Assembly (NCBI GenBank): GCA_004764695.1
Contig: SMSO01000032.1
Span: 5,984,483-6,048,482, forward strand
Length of the DNA: 64,000 nt
Origin: Schizochytrium sp. TIO01
Taxonomy: Eukaryota > Protista > Bigyra: Labyrinthulomycetes
Direction of reading: 5' to 3'
The notes under the pieces are model-generated. The model was not told the origin of the DNA and ran no database searches. It saw only the letters and a program-made list of their open reading frames with translations. The translations under genes were made by a program, and so were the position numbers. Every line of letters starts with the position of its first letter. Position 1 is the first letter of the stretch. Of the stretch, positions 29,461 through 38,970 are shown in pieces.

Positions 29461-30916
29461 TGGCCATTCCATATTCTTACCTAGCCTCCACTTCTTCACA
29501 ACTTCAAGGACCTTAATAATTATATTCTATCATTAATCTGGAATGGACAATGCCCTTTGGAGGTTATACAAGTTCTAACGTTTTCAGTCGCTCGCAATGT
29601 AGTACCTTAGGTATATGTACATAGCGAACCAGGCAGCTTTATCGGGCTAGTTTCTCGGAAACGGCCTGAGGTTGCTTTTCCACAACCAAACCTAAACTGT
29701 GAACGTCTCTCGCTTATCTGATGTCGCCAGGTGCCTCTTTCTAAGGGCCCGACATGTTGCTCAAACCATGCGTCATGTCTTCTTAGTGCTACTGGAACCT
29801 ACCTAGCACTTGGGCCGAGGCAGCAGAATCGTCTCTAGGACTTTTGTCTATCTGCTTGTTTCGAGCGAGACCTCGCGCACAAAAGTAGCGAGGCCTAAGG
29901 AGGTCTTAACGAGCATGGTAGCACAGATCGAGGAGATTCCAACTTTGAGACGCAAAATTTCTTCGTTGTCACCATTGGGAAGAATGACGAGCAGAGAAAT
30001 GATCGAACACTGCTTTTAAATTGTTTTAATAAAAATAAAAATATAGTAGTAAACTGAAAGTAAAACAGGCGAACGAACTTTGATCGAAACCGACTCTCGC
30101 AGGAGTCAACAGTAGCAAGACAAGTGACGCTATTGCCTCTGGATGAAGGCTTGCCTGCATTGGCTAAGGCTGCAATTCTAGTTTTCTGCCGCCGAATTTC
30201 AAGACCTGAGATCCAAGGTTGAGCATGTCAGTCAAAACGAAAACAGAGGACCAATCTACTAGTAGGTACTACCACTGCCCATCTAGCAATTGTTGCAGGT
30301 GTAGGGAAAGAGAGAAAGAAAGAAAGAAAGAAAGAAAGAAGAAGAGACTACTAGTAGTACCCCTGCTACGTATAATATTGTGCAACTATTAGGAGACCCG
30401 TCCTCTTGGTAATTACTATCAATCAAGCCTCCAGTAGGTTGTATACTAGTAATATGAAATGAGGAAATAATAGGACAGAAATAGAAAACTTTAAATTGGA
30501 GACTCTTAAGCTTTAGTATAGACATACTACGAGTACTGAGCGAACTGGTGGTCACGAAAACGCAATTCCTAAGAGAAACCAGGACCAACAGCCTCAGGAA
30601 CAGGAGCGGCAGTATCAGCTGCACCAGGGCCAGTGCCACTATAAGCCGCCAAAGCAGGCCCACCAAAGCGTAGGCAAAACCCAATAGAGTCACTTGCCGT
30701 GCATAACCGGCGACAGACTCACCATTTCTGACGGGAAGCTGCCTGAAGAACTTCACGGAGCCCTTTGACCGGTGACACGAGGAGAAGTCTGTTTGTCTGA
30801 CTGACCACTGACGGCTTGTTTGTTCGTGCTTGTCTGTGAAACAAAACCTTAAAACAAACAAACAAACAAAACAAGTTTTGTTGTTGACTCAACCCCAAAC
30901 AAAGAACACAACAAAA

Positions 30917-31924
30917 ATGTCCACCGCCACGAAGGAAAACAAGCCTGCCTCTGCAGTGCAAAACGGATGGTTCACCGAGTCAGAGGTGTTGTGGGCTGGC
31001 CAGCGCATGGCCCTTGAGGTTAAAGAGGTCCTCTATGAAGGCCGCTCTGAGCTGCAAGACATCCTCGTCTTCGAGTCTGCCTCGTATGGCAAAACTCTGG
31101 TGCTCGACAACGTCATCCAGCTTACGGAAAAGGACGAAGCTGCATACCAGGAGGCTATCACACATACTCCGCTTCAAGTTCACCCTTGCCCGAAGCGCGT
31201 TCTCATCATTGGCGGCGGCGACGGTGGTGTTGTCCGTGAGCTCTGCCGCCAATCCACGGTGGAGGAAATCATCCAGTGCGAGATTGACGCCGAGGTGAGC
31301 CGCGTGGCTAAAAAATACTTCGGCGACTCCATCGCCACAGGCTACGATGACCCGCGCGTTACCCTCTTGCATGAGGACGGTGCCAAGTTTCTTGAGAACA
31401 CCGACAAGGTCTTTGATGTGATTATCGTGGATTCAAGTGATCCGGTGGGACCGGCTGAGACTCTCTTCGAGGCAAGTTTCTTCGAAAAGGCACGCAACAA
31501 ACTCGACCCACAAGACGGCATTCTCTGCACTCAGGGAGAGTGCATTTGGCTCCACCTCGAATTGATCAGAGATGTTATGAAACGATGCGGAACTTTGTTT
31601 CCTACAGTTAATTATTGCTACAGTACCGTTCCGACATATCCGAGCGGTCAAATTGGCTACATTATCAGCTCGCGCAACCCTGCTGCGCAGCTCGACACCC
31701 CGTGTCGCCCCATTTCCTTGCCTCAGGCTCGCTACTACACCGAGGAGATTCACCGCGCCAGCTTTGTGCTTCCCAAATTCGCCGAAGATGTAATTGGCCC
31801 TGTTCGTAAGCAGGCTAGTGTTGCACGCCACCAGGTTCATGTGAACAGCTATGGTCTTGCTGCTATCCTCGGCGGCGCTGTACTCACTGGCGTATTCCTC
31901 TCCAAGCTTACCTCAGGACGCTAA
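30917..31924 (+). CDS. SRM: Spermidine synthase (aminopropyltransferase) with hydrophobic C-terminal tail
   Basis: GWFTE, GKTLVLDNVIQLTEKDE, RVLIIGGGDGGVVRE, DVIIVDSSDPVGPA, VPTYPSGQIG, YYTEEIHRASFVLP; ATG 30917 after an A/C-rich leader. Confidence 0.95.
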   Translation: MSTATKENKPASAVQNGWFTESEVLWAGQRMALEVKEVLYEGRSELQDILVFESASYGKTLVLDNVIQLTEKDEAAYQEAITHTPLQVHPCPKRVLIIGGGDGGVVRELCRQSTVEEIIQCEIDAEVSRVAKKYFGDSIATGYDDPRVTLLHEDGAKFLENTDKVFDVIIVDSSDPVGPAETLFEASFFEKARNKLDPQDGILCTQGECIWLHLELIRDVMKRCGTLFPTVNYCYSTVPTYPSGQIGYIISSRNPAAQLDTPCRPISLPQARYYTEEIHRASFVLPKFAEDVIGPVRKQASVARHQVHVNSYGLAAILGGAVLTGVFLSKLTSGR

Positions 31925-32020
31925 GCGAGTGAATGGAGATATGCGCGGTTGTTGTTGTTATTGCTGTTGCTACTGATGCTGCTCTTTTTATATTTGCTTC
32001 TCCTGGTCCTGATGCTGGAG

Positions 32021-32890
32021 CTATCCCATCGGCGTCCGTGATGGCGAAGGAGCTGACACTGGTGACGATGATGTTTTTGATGATGATGATGATTCAGAGG
32101 GTTTCCCCGCTAATAATTCAAGAAAGTCTTCTAGCACGCCTTCTTCGCGCCGCACCAGAAGTCGGCCCTGGTGCACAACCAGGTCGAGTTCGGTGCCTCG
32201 AAATTCGTATACGTTGTCCCTTACGCGTGAAACCTCAAAATTCAAGCCTCTTGCCGCGAATAGCTGTGCTAAGAACTGGACATGCTCCTCGACGACTTCC
32301 CAGTCATCCGTGGGCCCACGCTGCGAGTGAAGTTGCTGTCGCAGCATATAGTCCACCGCCACCCGGTTCTCTGCCTCTAGCTCTTGAACGCGCTGCTCCA
32401 GTTCACGCACGCGCCCCCGCAATGCGTGTGCCTCTACCTGCAGTGAACCTGCGCGTGACTTGGCTTGTTGCATTCCCTTCTGGCTCAGAGACAGCTCTTG
32501 CTCACCCCAGCGCAGCAGATCTGCCTGCAACTGCAGACCGTTTCCCCCGCGTGTCCAATTCTCCTTGTCCCCTCCAGTCTTGCAATTCTGATTTTGGTTT
32601 TGAAAATGGCTGCGTTCCTGTTGTGTTGCCTCCAAGACCAATTGGGTTTCGCGCATGCGAGAACGCCGCAGCTGCGTTTCGAGCTCCTTGACACGGGTCT
32701 GCCAGGCTAGCAGCGCCCTTTGCTGCGATTGGAGCATACGGTACAGGTCTACGCCGTCTACCTTGGCACTCTCTGTGCAGCCTTCTTCACCACCTCCCCC
32801 GCTCAACTCGCCAACGCTCAGGCGCCGCGAAGCGCCTCGCCGGTCGGGGCTTGTCGCGCCCGCCAAGGAGGACGCCAGGGACGAAGCCAT
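32021..32890 (-). CDS. Coiled-coil protein with possible GAR/GAS2-like C-terminal domain
   Basis: Heptad-rich LQSQQRALLAWQTRVKELE and LRGRVRELEQRVQELE; FEVSRVRDNVYEF...LLVRREEGVLEDFLELL resembles a GAR domain. Confidence 0.6.
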   Translation of the reverse strand: MASSLASSLAGATSPDRRGASRRLSVGELSGGGGEEGCTESAKVDGVDLYRMLQSQQRALLAWQTRVKELETQLRRSRMRETQLVLEATQQERSHFQNQNQNCKTGGDKENWTRGGNGLQLQADLLRWGEQELSLSQKGMQQAKSRAGSLQVEAHALRGRVRELEQRVQELEAENRVAVDYMLRQQLHSQRGPTDDWEVVEEHVQFLAQLFAARGLNFEVSRVRDNVYEFRGTELDLVVHQGRLLVRREEGVLEDFLELLAGKPSESSSSSKTSSSPVSAPSPSRTPMG

Positions 32891-33993
32891 GCCACCTGAC
32901 GCAATAGAACAGCAATCGCCAGCAGGAAAAGCAGGATCAGAGGCCCACGCTGTCCAGAAAGGACGTGGGAGCAGAAGGAGGAACCCGCTAAAGGCCGTGC
33001 ACGGCTTCGAAGCTTGCAGGTTTGCTTTGTTTTCGCAACTTGTGACTCCACCTACAGGTACGTACTAGGATGAGGGTCGGTTGTTTTCGGTTTTTAGTAG
33101 TTAGTTGGCTGATAGTACCTAATCTCCTGGCGTAGGATCAATTCTTTCTTTTGCTTATTATCTTAGAAATAAAAGGACTAACAACCTTGCTCATGAACAT
33201 CCTCCTCCTCCTCCTCCTGGGTTTCTTCTGAGCTCGGTTTTGCGTTGCCTGGCAAAGACGCTTACCTTACAGTATGTCGAGACAAGGCATACATGACATT
33301 AAGATAAATGAAAGATTGCCAGAGCCATTTTTAAAACCTCGTTTTCAACAACACTTGATTTACTTTTTCCCTACATCTACATCAGTTCTGTTATGAAATT
33401 TTTCCACCACCCACGCTGTGTACGTGGAGTGGAATAATCACAAGCTGCATATTCAGTTATCTCCAAGTCAGTCCTGAAACCCCTCCTTATAGAATTTGGG
33501 CTGACAACTTGAACATTATTTCGTTTTTTATTCTTATTTTCTTATTTTCTTATTTTCTTATTTTCTTATATATAAGGTCTATATATTTTTTTATTTACAA
33601 AGAAAAGAGATAAAAAAAGAAAAAAGAAAAAAAAAAAGCTTTAAAAGATTAGCGACAGACCCATCGTAACTAAAAACGCTTACTGATGTGAAATGTATGC
33701 ACCCTGTGTTGCTTGGCTTGATCAATTGACGGTACCATCCGTGAGATTACCTTGCTCACATTTCCATCACAAGACGAGGAAACAATAAAACATATGACCA
33801 TCGCCACTTTTTAAGTTGGTGTCCGAAAAAGAAGATTTTAAAAAGGCCCTGGAAGTGAAAGAAGAAGAAGGAAAAGAGGCCTGGCACCAGAGTTGTACTC
33901 TGGCCTCCAAATATAGCGGCCAAAACCTTATGTTGCACAAAGTCCACAGCCACAAGTGCAACATCTCGCAGCTTGTGGCTTTGGACCCCAACA

Positions 33994-35406
33994 ATGCGCT
34001 CAGCGACGGTCTGGGCTTCGATACTGTTAGCGTTCTGCTTCATCAGAGGCGCACATTGCAAGATAGACTGGACACCCTTACTCAACGAAGAACCTACTCT
34101 AAGCCTTTCGGAGTTAGACCCCATTCGCTTGCAACATGACTCAGATTGTGCAGCTCGACAATTAGCCCAGCGTATTGTAAAGCCACATGTTCGCAAGGCG
34201 AGCAAACCTCTCACTATAGTAATACTAGGTGCTGGTCCCATAGGGCTGCTGGCTGCTGTCACTCTTGCGTTACAGGGACACCATGTGCAGGTATATGAAA
34301 AGCGACAAGAATATTCAAGAGATATCTGGTTCGACATATACTCAGAGCCATGGAGCCAGGCCACCCAAAAGCTAGAAGATTTTGGTTTCTTCCAACTGGC
34401 ATCTGACAAGATTGACTACGAGCGACACCAACGTCAGCCAGAGTGGCGCGTAGATGTCACCACAGTACGCTGCAAAAGCCTTGAGGTTTTCATGATGGTC
34501 CTCGCATATGCCACTGGCGTTCAAATCTATTATGGAGAAGCTCTTACCATTGAGGAGGTAAAATCCAAGTATGCAGATCTCCTCGTGGATGCCTCAGGCT
34601 CCTCGGCCGCATGGGCGAAGGAAGCCCCGAGACTCTTCAAACAGACCCCTCTCCAGCTACGGTGGAATAATGAAACTTTCGAAGCGCCTGGCCATGGTGT
34701 ATACCAATGGACTTGGCTTGCCACCTTTGCGTCATGTGCTGCGGATATTCCTCAAAACGACCCCTTCTATATTGGCGCTGACCTAGCAGTTCATGAGATT
34801 GTTGCTACATACCGCCGTGAGTTTGCTCAGACATGTGAAGTACAAGTACTTTTTCGTCAAAATGTTCAGGATGAAGAAACTGCACTAGCCATCATTCATG
34901 AACGGGTTCTCCCTCACTTTACCGATGGCCCACCCCTGTCCTCTCAAGTCTTGAAATTAGAAATTACTCACCGTGTACATTCGAAGGACACCATCCTCAC
35001 ACTTCCGGGAGATGAAAGACCCCTCTTGGTGCTTGGAGATGCCAGTGTTCCAGCCTACTACCGCCTTGGCATCGGTCTAACTGCCGGCTTCGAGCAAATT
35101 GCACAACTTGGAGATAATGATCTTCTGAAAAATCCTCCACTCTTGCAAGCCAGTCTTCAGCGTATACAGGCTGATCATGCACAATTCCAAGCAACTATAA
35201 TGGCTATAGAGACTTTATGCCCCAGCTCATTTATTGGTTTTGATTTGGCTGCAAGTAACATGCACCAAGCTGCTATTCTCTATCGCTATAGGCACGCAGA
35301 TTTCCATGTTGTGCCAATCCAGGATTGCTTTTCTTACCTGACTAGTAAGGAATACACTGCCAATGCAATATATTCGTCATTCACCTCAGAAGCAACATGT
35401 GAATAA
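33994..35406 (+). CDS. FAD-dependent oxidoreductase/monooxygenase with signal peptide
   Basis: Rossmann motif IVILGAGPIGLLAA...VYEKR; LLVDASG and VLGDA FAD motifs; N-terminus MRSATVWASILLAFCFIRGAHC. Confidence 0.8.
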   Translation: MRSATVWASILLAFCFIRGAHCKIDWTPLLNEEPTLSLSELDPIRLQHDSDCAARQLAQRIVKPHVRKASKPLTIVILGAGPIGLLAAVTLALQGHHVQVYEKRQEYSRDIWFDIYSEPWSQATQKLEDFGFFQLASDKIDYERHQRQPEWRVDVTTVRCKSLEVFMMVLAYATGVQIYYGEALTIEEVKSKYADLLVDASGSSAAWAKEAPRLFKQTPLQLRWNNETFEAPGHGVYQWTWLATFASCAADIPQNDPFYIGADLAVHEIVATYRREFAQTCEVQVLFRQNVQDEETALAIIHERVLPHFTDGPPLSSQVLKLEITHRVHSKDTILTLPGDERPLLVLGDASVPAYYRLGIGLTAGFEQIAQLGDNDLLKNPPLLQASLQRIQADHAQFQATIMAIETLCPSSFIGFDLAASNMHQAAILYRYRHADFHVVPIQDCFSYLTSKEYTANAIYSSFTSEATCE

Positions 35407-35410
35407 ATCT

Positions 35411-35482
35411 GGGGGATTAGCTCAGCGGTAGAGTGGCGGATTCCAGATCCGTAGGCCAGGAGTTCAAATCTCTTATCCCTCA
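35411..35482 (+). tRNA. tRNA-Trp(CCA) copy 1
   Basis: 72-nt cloverleaf: acceptor GGGGGAT/ATCCCTC, anticodon arm GCGGA-TTCCAGA-TCCGT, T-arm AGGAG-TTCAAAT-CTCTT; followed by a T run. Confidence 0.95.
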
Positions 35483-35571
35483 TCCTTTTTTTCCTATTTT
35501 TTAAATTCAGAAATACCTTGTTTGAATCATTATAAATGCTTGGTGTCATCGTCCATCATACAGTGGTATAT

Positions 35572-35643
35572 GGGGGATTAGCTCAGCGGTAGAGTGGCGG
35601 ATTCCAGATCCGTAGGCCAGGAGTTCAAATCTCTTATCCCTCA
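35572..35643 (+). tRNA. tRNA-Trp(CCA) copy 2
   Basis: Identical to copy 1; T-run terminator. Confidence 0.95.
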
Positions 35644-35732
35644 TTCTTTTTTTCCCATTCTCCCACTTTTTTTCTTTAGTCCAAGCAGACTGTGTCTCTT
35701 TTATTATTCTGACATCGTTCGTCTAATAACGT

Positions 35733-35804
35733 GGGGGATTAGCTCAGCGGTAGAGTGGCGGATTCCAGATCCGTAGGTCAGGAGTTCAAATCTCTTATCC
35801 CTCA
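35733..35804 (+). tRNA. tRNA-Trp(CCA) copy 3
   Basis: One C>T difference in the variable loop (AGGTC); T-run terminator. Confidence 0.95.
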
Positions 35805-36435
35805 TTTATTTTTTTCCAACAGCTCTGCTTTTCTGCTTTCTTTTTTTTACTATTTTTTTTTCGCTTCTTTTTTCCCTCAATCCTCAATAATGTTTAACTT
35901 GAGATGGCTGGGCATTAATGTGCCTTTATTTTAACAGTGCCTTAAAAATTAAATGATGTGCTTAGATAGGTAGCGCAAAAGGATACCTCCGGCGGCGTGG
36001 AGATCACGATTGCCTTCATGTTGTGATATCGTCTCGGCAGATGACTAGTTTATACCACTAGCAGGGGAAAGCTTGACTTTGTGAATGATATGTTGTTGGT
36101 TTCATCATAAGCTCCAGCGTTTTCATTGGGACTGAAGTCTTAAAATTTTAATTAATTAATTTTAATTTTCAATTTTTTAAAATAGAACATGATAATCACA
36201 ATTATATTATACTGATGATATTTTCTGGATAATAAAATTAAAAATTATATAGCCTAATTCATAAAAATAAACAAAAAAACAAATGAAGTTTTGTGAAACC
36301 TTTACTTAGCTGAAACAAACATTCTTGAGACTGCTGAGAAGACATTTTCTATTTAAAGTAAGATTTGGAATGTAGAGTCATGATGGCCACAGACTTATTT
36401 GTAATCTTAGTGTCATATAGCTTCAGTTGTGAAAT

Positions 36436-36507
36436 GGGGGATTAGCTCAGCGGTAGAGTGGCGGATTCCAGATCCGTAGGCCAGGAGTTCAAATCTCTTA
36501 TCCCTCA
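36436..36507 (+). tRNA. tRNA-Trp(CCA) copy 4
   Basis: Identical to copy 1; T-run terminator. Confidence 0.95.
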
Positions 36508-37038
36508 TATTTTTTTTTCTGTTTCTCAGATTATCGATTTTTTTTTAATTTTATTTTTTTATAAATCGATTTTTTTTTTTTTCAAACTAACTAAATCGTC
36601 ATAAATAAAGACAACAGACATTGTGGTTTGCGATCGAGCTCTATTTTTATCCAATCAAATAGGACTGTTCTTTTGGATTCCGATTTCTCTGAAAAATGAT
36701 AGAAAGTTAATCAGTAATAGTAAAAGTTGTTAAACCCGTCTTACTCCAATAAAAAAAAACTAACAAAAATAAAATAAAAGATAGATCACAATAGGACAAT
36801 CTACAGGGTGATTAATCTCACTATTCTCGTCGCGTCGATTTCTTTTGAGTACAGTGAAAATCAAGTCAAAGCATACCTAACCATCTAATCAAACCTGTTT
36901 CATTTCCTAGGCATCAATAGCAGTATCAGTGGTTGTTTTCGAATACTACTTTAAGCTGGAGCTGGAGCGTATCTAACTTAGAATATTTATAAGTAAAAGT
37001 TGGAGCGCATCGTCCAAGCAATTAGTAGCTTCCAATCT

Positions 37039-37110
37039 GGGGGATTAGCTCAGCGGTAGAGTGGCGGATTCCAGATCCGTAGGCCAGGAGTTCAAATCTC
37101 TTATCCCTCA
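37039..37110 (+). tRNA. tRNA-Trp(CCA) copy 5
   Basis: Identical to copy 1; long T-run terminator. Confidence 0.95.
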
Positions 37111-37391
37111 TTAATTTTTTTCCGCTTTTTTTTTTTTTTTTTCCTTTTTTAGGTATTCTTCTACCAGTAGAGCTAGAGCTAGAGGATACCCAAGGAATGC
37201 TTGTATATTGATTATTTAATATACTATATTTCAAAGTTAGAGATAGTTAAGAGGTCCATAATGCAAAACAAGGATCTCATTATGTCGGACATGGGTCCCA
37301 ATGAGGGACGTGATCTTATTTTAAGAAGGGAGTAACCATGGCATAACCAGGTAGCAAAACCTGATCTTTGGAAAATCGCCAGACGTGAATA

Positions 37392-38675
37392 ATGGCAAAG
37401 CGCGTGGAAAGAATTGTGCAACACTTGCACCTGCAACAATGCATTGGAGAGATGGAGAATCGACAAGTTGATGAACAAGCTGAGCATAAGATGAGATACT
37501 ATACGCGTAAACCCATCAAAATTGTCTTTGCTGATAAGACAGCTGCAGATGAGCGCTACGGCGGGAGCGGAGATGTCGCGATTCTTGAGGGAGAGCTACT
37601 TGAGCCACAACACGCCCCTCGGTCTACTTCTGTGTTTATCTTCATGCATCCCAGTGGTATCCAAAATCTTCTACCCATGCCAGTAGCGATGGCACGAGCG
37701 GGTCTACATGTTTTTACGTGCTGCAGCCGGTATCCAAACAATGACTCTTGTTTGATAATGGAAAAGGTAGCAATTGACCTTGGTGCATGTGTTCGCTACG
37801 CCAAGGTTACTCTTGGCTACACCAAAGTAATCCTTTGTGGATGGAGTGGAGGTGGCTCGTTATCTTCGTTCTATCAGGCTCAGGCTGAACACCCTACGAT
37901 CTCCTCCACCCCTGCAGGTGACGATGTGGACCTAACAAAAGCTGATTTAATACCTGCAGACGGTCTTTGCATTCTTGCTGCCCACAGTAGTCGTGCCAAA
38001 ATTTTTACAGAATGGCTTGACCCAAGTGTTCAGGATGAAACTGACCCCTCCAAACGCGACCCTGAGCTTGACATTTTTAATCCCCAGAACCCCAACAAGC
38101 CGCCTTATTCAAAGGATTTCGTTGAACGTTACAGACAGGCGCAAATCGACCGCAATCGTCGTATCACCGATTGGGTGAAGAGAAAACTGAAGACACTTGA
38201 GCAGGCAGCACGAGAAGATCCGCAAGACTGGCGCCGGGCTCAACGAGATATAGCATTCACAGTGCACTGTACACAAGCAGACTTACGTCGTCTCGACACA
38301 ACATTAGACCCTAATGGTCGCGACTCAACAGATATTGGAGTCTTAGCTGCTGAGAATCACTCTCCAGTTGGCCTAGCACGATTTACAACACTTCGAAGTT
38401 GGCTATCACAGTGGAGCTTTGATGATACCAACGCGGATGGCCCACGGAGCCTTGCTTTAGTGAAGGCCCCGGTGCTTGTTATGGCGAATAGCGCAGATCA
38501 TTTAGTGCCTTTGAGCCATCCCCAAGCGATGTATGATGCAATTGGTCATAATGATAAGACCTTTCTCAAAATTGAGGGTGCTACCCATTACTACTTTGGT
38601 CAAAAAGAACTTATGGTTTCTGCCATTGGTAGAATCAAAACGTGGCTACAGGCGCATGATCTCCTTGAGCAATAG
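37392..38675 (+). CDS. Alpha/beta-hydrolase with an N-terminal PTS2 peroxisomal signal
   Basis: Nucleophile elbow GWSGGG, acid in NSADHLV, His in GATHYY; N-terminal RVERIVQHL fits R-(L/V/I)-x5-H-L. Confidence 0.85.
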   Translation: MAKRVERIVQHLHLQQCIGEMENRQVDEQAEHKMRYYTRKPIKIVFADKTAADERYGGSGDVAILEGELLEPQHAPRSTSVFIFMHPSGIQNLLPMPVAMARAGLHVFTCCSRYPNNDSCLIMEKVAIDLGACVRYAKVTLGYTKVILCGWSGGGSLSSFYQAQAEHPTISSTPAGDDVDLTKADLIPADGLCILAAHSSRAKIFTEWLDPSVQDETDPSKRDPELDIFNPQNPNKPPYSKDFVERYRQAQIDRNRRITDWVKRKLKTLEQAAREDPQDWRRAQRDIAFTVHCTQADLRRLDTTLDPNGRDSTDIGVLAAENHSPVGLARFTTLRSWLSQWSFDDTNADGPRSLALVKAPVLVMANSADHLVPLSHPQAMYDAIGHNDKTFLKIEGATHYYFGQKELMVSAIGRIKTWLQAHDLLEQ

Positions 38676-38970
38676 TTACACGTTCTCTCCTCTCTTCATG
38701 ATCCAAAACATTGGCTTTCCCCTTGGTATATAGATGAAACTATCCAAATCGACGCTTCGTTCTTGGTTCGCAAAACCACCTTTTGTTCCCCTTCAGCTCC
38801 AAGATATAAAAACACACTAAACTTAATCTCTTGCTTATTGTTTGTCATTTAAACATGATATTTGATCATAAAATAGGTTTGTCTTACATGATCGAAGTAG
38901 GATTTCTCTGCAATATACCAGGACCCATCTTGCAGATAAAGGCTAAACAAAAGCCGTCTTCTCAAGATGG

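Noticed and set aside
35334-37234. Small ORFs containing MRDKRFELLAYGSGIRHSTAELIPQ
   Set aside because: They are translations of the tRNA-Trp genes, mostly antisense.
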